A DNA stretch of 64,000 nt from Myxococcota bacterium (GCA_029251165.1 JAQXDW010000052.1:1736-65735); one strand, 5' to 3'. Positions 36,514 through 45,581 are shown, counted from the stretch's first letter. Program-made: numbers and translations. Notes: a model not told the origin generated them from the letters alone.

Positions 36514-38583
36514 TCAGCCGAGGATCTGACCCAGGACGGCCCGGGTGATCGCATACAGCGGCGGCACGCCCTCGGTCGGAGAGAGGGCCTCAGAGAGGGT
36601 GCTGTCGGGATCGAGGGGGACGTCGGAGGTGTAGTAGGCAAACCGGGTGGCGACGTCGTCTCGCACGATGCCGGCGTTCATCGCGGCGGTGAGGGTGCGG
36701 GCGAAGAAGCTGCCCTCCATCTCCAGGCCCACGCAGCGCCAGAACCGCCGGTAGAAGTGCAGCAGCTGGCGGTTCTGCAGCAGGGTGCCGGCCACGGTCA
36801 GCACCGGGCCCTCGTGGACCGTGCGGCCGGGCGCGAGGGCGGCGAGCCGCGCAGCATCGAGGTCGGCATTGGGGAGGGGATGCAGCGCATCGCCGGACTG
36901 CATCAGGGTCGCGCGGGGCACCATCAGGTCGCCGCGTCTGCCGGTCAGCCCGCCGGCCTTGCCGATGACCGACACCGAGCGGACGGCGTGGCCGAACACG
37001 AACAGGAGGTTGGAGAGGATCTCCTCGGCCTGCTGCCCGAAGGCGTAGTCGACGTTGACGATGAGGGTCGGAGACTGCGGCGGAGAGACCGTCAGGGCCG
37101 GGTCACACAGGCTCGGCTCGATGCGTCGGGCGTCGATGATGTCCACCGCGATTCCGGTGAACGCAGTGGTCCGCAGCCGGTAGTGACCCGCCGCCCGCTC
37201 CTCGTTGATGCACGCCTCTCGCGCGCCGGGGGTGGCGGCGATGTAGTGCCGGGCGAGCACGTAGAGGAGGTCAGACTCGTCCGCCCAGTCCTCCGCGACG
37301 TCCTCGGGCCGGTGCTGTCGGCCCCAGGCGAGGATCGCATCGCGGCGACGGGCGGTGTAGGCGGAGAGGCAGTTGCCGACGGAGTGGGTGTTGGAGGAGA
37401 CGATGTGGACGCAGAGCTCGGGGTTCTCCAGGTCGACCAGCTCCTCGGCGACGTCGCGGATCTGCCGGGCCCACCGCTCCGCTGCGCTGGCGTTGTAGTT
37501 GTCGATCTGGAAGTCGCAGTCCAGCGCGATGTCCTCGTGGTGCAGCAGGATGTCGCGGATGCGCTCCCACAGGTCGTCCGGCCAGATGCGGTGCAGCGCA
37601 GCCAGCTCGGAGTCGGTCAGACCAGACAGCTCAGCGAGCACGGCGTCAGAGCCATCTCGGGGCTCCTTCAGGGCGACCAGCAGCTCCGGGGAGCGGCAGC
37701 GCATTCGGATCTTCGCCGCCTCCACGGCGTAGGCGCACAGGCAGGTCAGCAGGTCGGTGATGTCAGAGATGCCGTCTCGGAGCAGGACGAGCGTCTTGCC
37801 GGGCATCTGCCGCCACGCGCTGCGACGGCGGGCGTGGGTGCGCAGGGGATCGAACTTGGTGTCCGGGTCAGCGTAGAGCGAGGAGAGGTGGGCGGTGAGG
37901 AACCAGGTGTGGGTGCGGGTGACGTCCTCGGGGAGCCGGGCAACAGCATAGGAGAGGGCGTCAGTGTCGATGTGCTCGCTGTGGAGGCGCGGGTGGAGGG
38001 CGGGATGGAGGGTGCGGTAGTCGGCCACCAGATCGCTGAGCAGGAAGCCCTCGGAATCCACCAGCCGGAGGATCTCTGCCCACAGAGATCGATAGCCCAG
38101 GAAGATGCCTTGCTTGATGGTCAGGCTTCGGGCCAGCGAGAGGCGGAAGGTGGGGTGGTGATCGATGAGGCGGAGGAAATCGACGGCGGGGAGGGCGTAG
38201 AGGTGGACGGTGCCGATGGCCTGAACATTTTGCTGGCGAGGGGCGTCAAACAGGGCGGCGCGCTCGCCGAAGAAGTGGCCAGACTGGAGGGTGGTGTGGC
38301 CCGTCTCGTGTCGAAAGGCGACCTCTCCAGCAGCGAGCAAAAAGACCGCGCGCGAGCGCTCGCCCGCCTGAATGATCCAGTCGCCAGGGTCATAGCGGCG
38401 CAGCTCCATGCGGTCGGCCAGGGCCGTTCGGGCGACGGAGGAGAGGTAGAGGAAGGGGATGACATGGGCCAGGAGGTGGCTGGCAGTAGGAATGGTGGTC
38501 ACGGGGAGAGGGTACACGATGCCAGCACGGCTCCGGATGGCCGCCCCCCTGAGCGAGCCCCGCCGCCGGGCGGGTCGAGCCAC
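36514..38583 (-). CDS. cyclic-nucleotide-binding (CAP_ED) domain protein with C-terminal AMP-nucleosidase/PNP_UDP-like domain
   Basis: N-terminus RRYDPGDWIIQAGERSRAVFLLAAGEV...GHFFGERAALFDAPRQQNVQA (cNMP-binding beta-roll). C-terminus LIVNVDYAFGQQAEEIL...VIGKAGGLTGRRGDLMVP...VGLEMEGSFFA (phosphorylase family 1 pattern). About 330 aa of uncharacterised middle region. Confidence 0.85.
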   Translation of the reverse strand: MARPARRRGSLRGAAIRSRAGIVYPLPVTTIPTASHLLAHVIPFLYLSSVARTALADRMELRRYDPGDWIIQAGERSRAVFLLAAGEVAFRHETGHTTLQSGHFFGERAALFDAPRQQNVQAIGTVHLYALPAVDFLRLIDHHPTFRLSLARSLTIKQGIFLGYRSLWAEILRLVDSEGFLLSDLVADYRTLHPALHPRLHSEHIDTDALSYAVARLPEDVTRTHTWFLTAHLSSLYADPDTKFDPLRTHARRRSAWRQMPGKTLVLLRDGISDITDLLTCLCAYAVEAAKIRMRCRSPELLVALKEPRDGSDAVLAELSGLTDSELAALHRIWPDDLWERIRDILLHHEDIALDCDFQIDNYNASAAERWARQIRDVAEELVDLENPELCVHIVSSNTHSVGNCLSAYTARRRDAILAWGRQHRPEDVAEDWADESDLLYVLARHYIAATPGAREACINEERAAGHYRLRTTAFTGIAVDIIDARRIEPSLCDPALTVSPPQSPTLIVNVDYAFGQQAEEILSNLLFVFGHAVRSVSVIGKAGGLTGRRGDLMVPRATLMQSGDALHPLPNADLDAARLAALAPGRTVHEGPVLTVAGTLLQNRQLLHFYRRFWRCVGLEMEGSFFARTLTAAMNAGIVRDDVATRFAYYTSDVPLDPDSTLSEALSPTEGVPPLYAITRAVLGQILG

Positions 38584-38619
38584 GACGATCCCGTCGCCAA
38601 CCGGGAGTAGACTGACGAT

Positions 38620-39510
38620 GTGCTGATCTTCCTCACCCTGTCCGCCGACGCCGCCACGACCGTGGTGCTGCCGTCGGGCGAGGATCCAGCCGACTGGCAG
38701 GCGGCGGTGTCGATGGCCGGGATGACGTTAGGGCCGGCCACCAGTACCCCCCATGTCACCCTCAGCATCGACCAGCTCTGCGCGGTCCGCTCCCCGACCC
38801 AGCAGCGGTGCGTGCCCCTGGCGCTGCCGCAGACCGACGACGCGAGAGAAGACGCAATCTGGCTGGCCCGGTCGCTGCTGCGTGAGTTCGAGGCCGCGCC
38901 GCTCCCAGTACCCGCCCCTGTGCCCGCGCCCGCCCCGGTCGCCGCGCGTCCGACGCCGAGCGCGCTCCCCCCAGCCCGAGAGCCCGTCGTGGTCGCCCCA
39001 GCTTCGGTGCTCGTCCCGCCGCCGGAGGAGTCAGTGGTGCCCGTCGCCGTCAGCCCGCAGCTTCGGTACCGCAGCGACAGCGGGCTCGCGATCGGCGGCG
39101 TGCTGTCGGTGATGCTGCCGACGACTCAGGCCCTCCAGCCGCTCGCTCGCCTCTCCGGGATCGCGCCCGACCGCCTCTCCCTCGACGGCCCCGAGCGGCA
39201 GACCACACAGCTCGGGGGACACCTCGGGGTCCGCTGGCAGCACGACGGCCCCACAGCGGCGCTGGATGTCGGCGTCGTCTGGCAGCGCTGGCGTCAGGAG
39301 GGCACCCCGATCGCTGCGGCCCTGGTTCCCCAGGCCACCGCCCGGCTCGGCTGGCGAATTGCCCCGGACGGCCCCCTCGCCTGGCAACCCTGGCTGGGCA
39401 CTGCGACCGCGCTCCGCAGGGTCTCGATGTCCATCGACGGCGATCCGATCGCCGCTCCGGCCCGACTCAGCGGACTCATCGGGCTGTCCGTCGAGCGATC
39501 TGGTGGGTGA
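38620..39510 (+). CDS. hypothetical secreted protein (Pro-rich linker plus beta-rich C-terminal domain)
   Basis: GTG start. MLIFLTLSADA signal-like N-terminus. PVPAPVPAPAPV linker. C-terminal alternating pattern suggests a beta-barrel. Confidence 0.6.
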   Translation: MLIFLTLSADAATTVVLPSGEDPADWQAAVSMAGMTLGPATSTPHVTLSIDQLCAVRSPTQQRCVPLALPQTDDAREDAIWLARSLLREFEAAPLPVPAPVPAPAPVAARPTPSALPPAREPVVVAPASVLVPPPEESVVPVAVSPQLRYRSDSGLAIGGVLSVMLPTTQALQPLARLSGIAPDRLSLDGPERQTTQLGGHLGVRWQHDGPTAALDVGVVWQRWRQEGTPIAAALVPQATARLGWRIAPDGPLAWQPWLGTATALRRVSMSIDGDPIAAPARLSGLIGLSVERSGG

Positions 39511-39549
39511 CATGATCCTTTTCAGCCTGCAGCGGCACCTCTGACAAGG

Positions 39550-40128
39550 ATGCTCCGCCCCCTTCCCAGCACAGAGATCGTCACCGCTGCAATCCGCGGC
39601 GTCCCCGGCGCGCTGGATCGGGTGATGGACGACAGCCTCCCGGTGGTGCTGGGCTGGTGCAAGCGGCTGCTCGGTCCCCGGGGCGATCCAGAGGATGCCA
39701 CCCACGATGTCCTGGTGGTCCTCCTCGACCACCTCGGAGGGCTGGAGGATCCAGTGGCGTTCCCCAGCTGGCTGTTCCAGGTCACCCGACGCGTCCTCGC
39801 CACACACCGTCGACGAGCCTGGCTCCGCCGCTGGCATCCCGAAGCCTCCACCGAGACCACCGATCCCAGCCCCTCTCCCGAGCGCCGCTACCTGCGCGAC
39901 GAGACCGCCCGATCCGTCCAGGAGCTGCTCGATCAGCTCCCCGAGTCCCAGCGCATCACCCTCATCCTCCACGACCTCGAAGATCGCTCTGATGCGGAGG
40001 TCGCGGACATCCTCGGCGTCCCCAAGGGAACGATCAAGAGCCGCCTTCGGCTCGGTCGTGCACGCCTCAAGACACTCGCCGAGGAGGCTGGGCTGGTCCC
40101 GACCTCCACCAAACGGAGCCTCCTGTGA
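39550..40128 (+). CDS. ECF (RpoE-like) sigma-70 family sigma factor
   Basis: Region 2 (DPEDATHDVLVVLL...FPSWLFQVTRR) and region 4 HTH (DAEVADILGVPKGTIKSRLRLGRARL). Confidence 0.9.
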   Translation: MLRPLPSTEIVTAAIRGVPGALDRVMDDSLPVVLGWCKRLLGPRGDPEDATHDVLVVLLDHLGGLEDPVAFPSWLFQVTRRVLATHRRRAWLRRWHPEASTETTDPSPSPERRYLRDETARSVQELLDQLPESQRITLILHDLEDRSDAEVADILGVPKGTIKSRLRLGRARLKTLAEEAGLVPTSTKRSLL

Positions 40129-40916
40129 ACCCCCTCCTCCAGCACCTCGATCGCATCGACGGCCCCACCTCCGAGGAGGCTGAGCGCATCCGGCGTCGGC
40201 TCTCGATGCGACGCCCACACGTCTCCTCGATCCTCATTCCCACCGGGCTCGCGGTGGCGGCTGCCGCTGCACTGCTGCTGGGTGCCCTCCCCTCAGCGAC
40301 GCCGCCCGCTGCCCAGCCAGCTCCCGTCTCTGCCGCGCTTGCCCAGCCCGGCACCGTCGACCTCACGCCGGCGGTTCAGCTGGAGATCGACGGCCAGGGA
40401 AGCGCCAGCGGAGACGCTTCAGACCTCGACATCGCCTGGAAGGTGGGCACCCTGTCCGTCTCCGTGGCCCCCCAGCACGGCGTCGCGCTCACCGTGAACA
40501 CAGAGGAAGCGAACGTCTCCGTAGTCGGCACAGTGTTCACCGTCGCGCGCGGTCCGCTGGGAACCGACATCTCGGTCACAGAGGGTGTGGTCTCCGTGGA
40601 GTGCGTCGACATGACCCGACACCGCCTGGGCGTCGGCGACACCCTGCGCTGCCTCCCGCGCTCCGCGATGAGACGGGTGCTGACCCTGCGCGATCAGGGC
40701 GCTCCGACGGATGTCGTGCTGGCAGAGCTCAGCCGGGGCCTGCTCCTGGACTCGGTCAAGTCGATCAGAGGGGAGCTGTTGAGCCTGAAGATTGAGGTAC
40801 TGTTAGAGCAGGGAAGCCGGCCTGCTGCCGCAGCAGTCGCCTGGCAATACCTCCACGAAGGCCACACCGCGCGCGCTGATCACCTCTCCTCTCTCGCTCA
40901 GGAAGCCCATCCATGA
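40125..40916 (+). CDS. anti-sigma factor, FecR-domain-like, single-pass membrane
   Basis: The GTG start overlaps the sigma gene stop (GTGA). One TM helix (ILIPTGLAVAAAAALLLGAL). FecR-like VGTVFTV...VTEGVVSV. Confidence 0.8.
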   Translation: MNPLLQHLDRIDGPTSEEAERIRRRLSMRRPHVSSILIPTGLAVAAAAALLLGALPSATPPAAQPAPVSAALAQPGTVDLTPAVQLEIDGQGSASGDASDLDIAWKVGTLSVSVAPQHGVALTVNTEEANVSVVGTVFTVARGPLGTDISVTEGVVSVECVDMTRHRLGVGDTLRCLPRSAMRRVLTLRDQGAPTDVVLAELSRGLLLDSVKSIRGELLSLKIEVLLEQGSRPAAAAVAWQYLHEGHTARADHLSSLAQEAHP

Positions 40917-41656
40917 GACACCACCTCTCCCTCCTGCTGGTCACCGGCTGCGGAGAGATTGCTGTGGACTGGCCAGGCACAGCACGCGAAGACACGGTGC
41001 AGCCCGAGCAGAGCAGCGACTCCGACGACGACGGTCTCTCGGATGCCGAAGAGTCTGAGCTCGGTACTGATCCGCAGGATGCAGACACCGACAACGACGG
41101 CTGGGAAGACGGCGAAGAGGTCAAGCTCGGCACCAACCCCAACTACGCCTACAGTCACCCCTACTACGGCGGCTACAACGTCGGCTGGTGCCAGGACAAG
41201 CCCTCAGCAGCCGGACCATCCAGCGGCAACCGCTACGAGCGCGGGGACGTCGTCGAGAACTTCACCCTCACCGATCAGCACGGTGAGCCCGTGGATCTCT
41301 ACTCCTTCTGCGGCCAGCACATGATGCTCATCTTCGGCGAGACCGGCTCCAGCGCGTTCCGAGAGCTCGCCGCAGAAGCCCAGAAGCTCCAAGAATATCA
41401 CGTCGACGACGGCCTCCAGATCATCGAGCTCCTCATCGGTGATGAGACCGGCGGATCAATCTCGGGACTGGAGCAGGTCGAGTGGGCCTCCCAGTACACG
41501 TTCTCCGCCATTCCCGTCCTCGATGAAGACAACCGCACCAATTGGCGCAACTTTGAGCACGACAACCACACGCCGACCATTGTTCACATTGATGCCAATA
41601 TGGAAGTTCTATCCATAGATGACGGGATCATGAGTCCAGCAGAGTGGCTCGAATAG
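40913..41656 (+). CDS. lipoprotein with TSP3 repeats and a thioredoxin-fold (TlpA-like) domain lacking the CxxC motif
   Basis: LLLVTGC lipobox. [26 protein letters not shown] repeats. The redoxin-like core [16 protein letters not shown]...[16 protein letters not shown] has TGSS where WCxxC is expected. Confidence 0.8.
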   Translation: MRHHLSLLLVTGCGEIAVDWPGTAREDTVQPEQSSDSDDDGLSDAEESELGTDPQDADTDNDGWEDGEEVKLGTNPNYAYSHPYYGGYNVGWCQDKPSAAGPSSGNRYERGDVVENFTLTDQHGEPVDLYSFCGQHMMLIFGETGSSAFRELAAEAQKLQEYHVDDGLQIIELLIGDETGGSISGLEQVEWASQYTFSAIPVLDEDNRTNWRNFEHDNHTPTIVHIDANMEVLSIDDGIMSPAEWLE

Positions 41657-41744
41657 TCAAAAAAGATCATCTCATAGTGATCCTTTCAGCACAATGTGCC
41701 ACCTTTCACACCGACCCAACGATGAACCCACCGGGAGAACCCTG

Positions 41745-42584
41745 ATGAAGCTTCACACCCTCGCCCTGCTCGCTCCGATGTTTCTCGCAGCCTGCAGCTT
41801 CGACTCTGACGAAGACGGCCTGACCAACGCTGAAGAGGAAGAGCTCGGCACGAACCCGGACAAGGCAGACTCCGACGGCGACGGCATCGACGATGCAGAC
41901 GAGGTCGATGGCGGCACCGATCCGACCGAGGCAGACACCGACGGTGACGGCCTTGAGGACGGCGACGAGCTCGACCTGGGCACCGACCCCATCCTCGCAG
42001 ACTCCGACACCGACGGCATCTCTGACGGCGACGAGGCAAGCAACGGCTCGGACCCGCTCAACGTGTACTCGTGGCCCGGCGACGGCATCTGGCCGGACAA
42101 CTCCGCCAAGGCCACCGAGTCCGACACCTACGCATACGATGAGATCTTCCCCAACTTCACCGCCAGTGACCGCTACGAGAACGAGGTCTCCCTCCACCAG
42201 TTCTGGGGTCAGGCCATCCTCCTCGACTTCTCCGCCGGCTGGTGTGGCCCCTGCAAGACGGTCGCCGAGGATGCCCAGGAGATGTGGAGCGAGCAGCGCG
42301 AGGATGGCTTCGTCATCATCCACGCCATGACCGACGGCTACAACACCGACGCCGACAGCGACTTCCTCAACGACTGGGCCGATTCATATGATCTCACCTT
42401 CCCCGTCCTGGGCGAAGGCGAGATCGAGGATGTCTACTACGGCCTCTACGACGCCGGCCTCAACGAGGGATACGTCCCCTACATGCTCGTCCTCGACAAG
42501 GATATGACTCTTCGGAGCATCTATGTCGGCGGCGGCTCCGAGAGCGCGATCGCGTCCGAGATCGAAGACATCATCGCGGAGTAG
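41745..42584 (+). CDS. TlpA/ResA-like thiol-disulfide oxidoreductase lipoprotein with TSP3 repeats
   Basis: [17 protein letters not shown] lipobox. Five TSP3-type DxDxDGxxDxxE repeats. [34 protein letters not shown] active site. Confidence 0.9.
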   Translation: MKLHTLALLAPMFLAACSFDSDEDGLTNAEEEELGTNPDKADSDGDGIDDADEVDGGTDPTEADTDGDGLEDGDELDLGTDPILADSDTDGISDGDEASNGSDPLNVYSWPGDGIWPDNSAKATESDTYAYDEIFPNFTASDRYENEVSLHQFWGQAILLDFSAGWCGPCKTVAEDAQEMWSEQREDGFVIIHAMTDGYNTDADSDFLNDWADSYDLTFPVLGEGEIEDVYYGLYDAGLNEGYVPYMLVLDKDMTLRSIYVGGGSESAIASEIEDIIAE

Positions 42585-42620
42585 GGATGCTGCGGCGTGT
42601 TCACGCCGCGCCTCCAAGCG

Positions 42621-42648
42621 CAGCGGCTCCCCTGACGGGGAGCCGCTG
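42621..42648. terminator. intrinsic terminator-like hairpin between convergent genes
   Basis: CAGCGGCTCCCC-tgac-GGGGAGCCGCTG, a perfect 12-bp stem, followed by tctgcttct. Confidence 0.75.
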
Positions 42649-42704
42649 TCTGCTTCTGGCATCCACACCGACCCGCGCGCACCGGCTGGGACGGGGGCCA
42701 CGGC

Positions 42705-43487
42705 TCAATGCCTGGGGATCGGCACCCCGTCTCCGCCGATGAGCGGCGCGTGATCGATGGTGTAATGAGTCGGCATCTGGCGAGCGCTCTCCAGCACCCG
42801 CTCCACCAGCCGGTCGAGCCCCCAGAACACATAGCGGGTGACCAGAGCATCGGGAATCTCGCCGCCCAGCGAGGACGCGCAGTGGTATCCGAACACCGTT
42901 CGTCCGTCGGGAAGGTCGAGGAAGATCCAGGCGCCGAGGTTCACCGGCACCGAGATCGCGGCATCGAAGGCCTCAAGGCTCAGCCCCGCGATCTCTCCAG
43001 CGGCCACCACCGGGCGCATGGTCTCGACAAGCCCCGCCTCTAGTCCCCAGCTTCGCTCCCACATTCCCGCACGCTGCTGAGGCAGTGTGGGGTTGATGGT
43101 GGTCTGGATGAGGAAGTGGCGATCGGTGACGGGTGCCGGCAGCGCGACGTAGCCATACCAGCGGAACAACTCCTCGCCGCGGAGGGGGAGGTGGTGGCTG
43201 ATGAGACTGCTGTCCGTGCCGAAGTGTTCGGAGTCGATCGAGCCAAGCCAGAGATCGACGCGCGAGTGATCAGTGATGACCATCGCCATCGCCCCGTCCG
43301 GTGCCCTGCCCTCGCTGGGGGTGCGCAGCTTGACCACCCGCCCCTCCAGAAGCCGATCGAGCTGGGCATCACTCAGCACCGGGATCGGGTGGCTGGCGTG
43401 GGGAGCGTAGTCCAAGAGGACGGACCGCACGGCAGCGGAATCCAGCGGCTCCGCAAGGGCAGACAGTGTCATCAGCCAGGTAAACAC
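42705..43487 (-). CDS. hypothetical protein
   Basis: 260-aa ORF with good GC3 bias and a signal-like N-terminus (MFTWLMTLSALA). No motif recognised. Confidence 0.7.
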   Translation of the reverse strand: MFTWLMTLSALAEPLDSAAVRSVLLDYAPHASHPIPVLSDAQLDRLLEGRVVKLRTPSEGRAPDGAMAMVITDHSRVDLWLGSIDSEHFGTDSSLISHHLPLRGEELFRWYGYVALPAPVTDRHFLIQTTINPTLPQQRAGMWERSWGLEAGLVETMRPVVAAGEIAGLSLEAFDAAISVPVNLGAWIFLDLPDGRTVFGYHCASSLGGEIPDALVTRYVFWGLDRLVERVLESARQMPTHYTIDHAPLIGGDGVPIPRH

Positions 43488-43616
43488 AGCCCATTGTTAC
43501 CCACGACGCTGCCGTCGTACAGCCCCTCGCGCCAGCCACTTCCATCGGTCACCCCCAAAACTCCGCGACAGGTGACGCATCGCAGCGGGCGTCGACCGCA
43601 TCCTGAACCGACACGC

Positions 43617-44510
43617 TCACCGCCGAGGTGCCGGGCGGACCGCAGGGACCGACTCCGCGCCATAGACCAGCCCCACCGCGACCATCACCACCGCCGCGCT
43701 CACCTCGCGCGCTGCGCCCGACTGATCGACCAACACAGTCAGCCCTGAGCGGGTCTCACGCCAGCCCACCGCCTGCGCACCGAGGAGCAGGCGGACCCCA
43801 GCCGCATCCAGCCGTCTCCGGACGGCAGCGACCGCAGCAGCCGGGAAGCCAACGAGCAGGGCCGGCTGGTTGTTCAGCACTGTGACCTGACAGCCCGCCT
43901 GTGCCCACAGCAGCGCCACCTCACAGCCGACGTAGCCGCCGCCAATGATCACGGCATCGTCGGGTGTCTGGAGGCGCACAGCAGCGGTGAAGTCGACGAT
44001 CCGACCTCCGAACGGAAAGCCGGGCAGCGGGCGTGCAGTGCCGTGCAGGAACAGGCCGTCCTTGCCGAGGATGCGAGCCACGACAGGCGAGAATCCGGCA
44101 TCAGGGCCGAACGGATGCGCAAGTCGAACCGGACCAGAGACCTCGGCGGGGGCCGTGTCGGTCAGCACCTGGAGCCGCTCCGCCAGCCACACGCCGAGCT
44201 CTGGAGCGCGGAGCAGGCGCCGCAGCGCTCGCTGACGACGGCGTCCAAAGCCGTGGATGGTCCGAAGCGTTCGAAGCGAGCGCACCGGGCCGCGCCTCAC
44301 AATCGCGGCAGCCACAGGCTGCGGGAGGGGACGCAGTCCGGCAGACTCGTGGAGCGCGCCGAGCAGCCACACCCGCTGCTCCACCGTCAGCGGGAGTCCG
44401 ACGATGGTGCGCCAGGCGTGCAGGGCGATCGATGAGGCGTAGTCCGGAATGTCCGCAGCTCCTGGCACGAATTTACCGTAGCGGTTCGATCTCGTGCTTA
44501 CGCTCTGCAC
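43617..44510 (-). CDS. atypical protein containing only the central NAD(P)-binding module of a pyridine nucleotide-disulfide oxidoreductase
   Basis: PDDAVIIGGGYVGCEVALLWAQAGCQVTVL is a Rossmann GxGxxG. The N-terminal FAD-binding GxGxxG and the C-terminal dimerisation domain are absent. The N-terminus is Arg-rich and HhH-like. Confidence 0.5.
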   Translation of the reverse strand: MQSVSTRSNRYGKFVPGAADIPDYASSIALHAWRTIVGLPLTVEQRVWLLGALHESAGLRPLPQPVAAAIVRRGPVRSLRTLRTIHGFGRRRQRALRRLLRAPELGVWLAERLQVLTDTAPAEVSGPVRLAHPFGPDAGFSPVVARILGKDGLFLHGTARPLPGFPFGGRIVDFTAAVRLQTPDDAVIIGGGYVGCEVALLWAQAGCQVTVLNNQPALLVGFPAAAVAAVRRRLDAAGVRLLLGAQAVGWRETRSGLTVLVDQSGAAREVSAAVVMVAVGLVYGAESVPAVRPAPRR

Positions 44511-44521
44511 AGGAGGTGTTC

Positions 44522-44869
44522 TTGGACTTCTTCATCGTCGCCATCACCGGAATGATTGTGCTCGCCGCCCTGCGACGCGCTCTGCGCCCCAGCATCGCTC
44601 CCGCGGATCCGATCCAGGCAGCGCTGCCAGAGACCCTGGCCCGGAGCGCCGACGGCAGCGTGATCGATCCAGAGGCCGACGCTCGGATGCGCCAGGCGTT
44701 CAACGGACTCAACAGCAACCTGTCCTTCCTCGGTGGTCAGGAGAGCTGGGATCTCGGCCCGCCTCCGCCGGTCGCGGAGCTGGAGGCGGACATGGGAGCC
44801 CACCAGCAGATCCTAAGCGCTGCGGAGCTGGCTGCGCTTCAGCCGATGGCCACCCGCTCAACGAAGTGA
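44522..44869 (+). CDS. small membrane-anchored hypothetical protein
   Basis: AGGAGG at 44511-44516, then an in-frame TTG at 44522 (GTG at 44516 is too close). (M)DFFIVAITGMIVLAALRRAL TM helix. High GC3. Confidence 0.45.
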   Translation: MDFFIVAITGMIVLAALRRALRPSIAPADPIQAALPETLARSADGSVIDPEADARMRQAFNGLNSNLSFLGGQESWDLGPPPPVAELEADMGAHQQILSAAELAALQPMATRSTK

Positions 44870-44925
44870 TCCCGACCGACAGCTCCTGCCAGCGTTACGC
44901 TGACGGTGAACCCTGGAGATCCCAG

Positions 44926-45492
44926 ATGCGCATGCTCCTGTTGACCACCGCGCTGCTCGCCGCCTGCGACAGCAAGACCGAAGACGGTCCCGACACCAGC
45001 GACACCAGCGACACCAGCGACACCGACTCATTCGTCGAGGGCTTTGGTGTCGGCGAGGTCCCGCCGGACTTCACCCTCGCTGACGCAGCGGGCAACCTCG
45101 TCTCGCTCTCCGACTTTCCAGAGCAGCGGGTCATGATCGTCGGCACAGCCTCTTGGTGAGGCAGCTGTGTGTCCCTGGTTCAGGGACTTCACGACGAGTA
45201 CTACACCAGCGCCCCTGACGACGTCGAGGTCCTCACGGTCCTCACCCAGGATGCCCAGGCCAACGACGCCGATGCCGCCGATGCTGCGGACTTCGTTGGC
45301 TTCACCGGGGTCACCTTCCCCGTCCTCGGCGATGCCGATGGCGAGTGGCTGGCGACGTGGGGAGGAGCCGACGGGACCAGCCAGCACAGCTACACCATCC
45401 TCAACACCAACGGCACCATCGCCTGGCGACAGGACGACGGCACCAGCAGCTCTGTTGCGATGCTCTCGGCGATGATGGAGTCCGCTCAGTAG
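44926..45492 (+). CDS. TlpA-like thioredoxin-fold lipoprotein, probable selenoprotein (in-frame TGA at 45157-45159 read as Sec; U-x-x-C motif)
   Basis: ORF ...MRMLLLTTALLAACDSK...FTLADAAGNLVSLSDFPEQRVMIVGTASW stops at TGA. The next ORF (45169..45492) is in the same frame. The joined product reads ...IVGTASW-U-GSC-VSLVQGLHDEY...VTFPVLGDADGEW...YTILNTNGTIAWRQDDG, a complete redoxin fold with TGA exactly at the first Cys of WCxxC. Confidence 0.7.
45156..45192 (+). other. bacterial SECIS-like stem-loop immediately 3' of the in-frame UGA
   Basis: Upper stem GTCCCTG (45171-45177), GTT loop, CAGGGAC (45181-45187). Lower stem GTGA (45156-45159) with TCAC (45189-45192). The apical loop starts with GU, about 18 nt after the UGA. 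Confidence 0.55.
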
Positions 45493-45581
45493 AGACGCCA
45501 GGGCGGCGGTGGTCGTCCTCGGGCGCGGCGATGCTCGAGGGCTCCGGAGCCGTGTCGTCAGCAGGGGCTGCTCAGCGGCGG

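Noticed and set aside
44470-44500. GGTTCGATC-like string considered as a possible tRNA T-arm. A similar GGTTCAAGAC string occurs near 810.
   Set aside because: There are no flanking complementary stems, acceptor arm or anticodon arm. No tRNA cloverleaf can be drawn.
44990-45025. GACACCAGC x3-4 tandem; also CTTCGACAT x3 at 26632-26660.
   Set aside because: These are in-frame short tandem repeats inside coding regions (DTS and DIF repeats in linker or N-terminal segments). They are ordinary low-complexity coding sequence.
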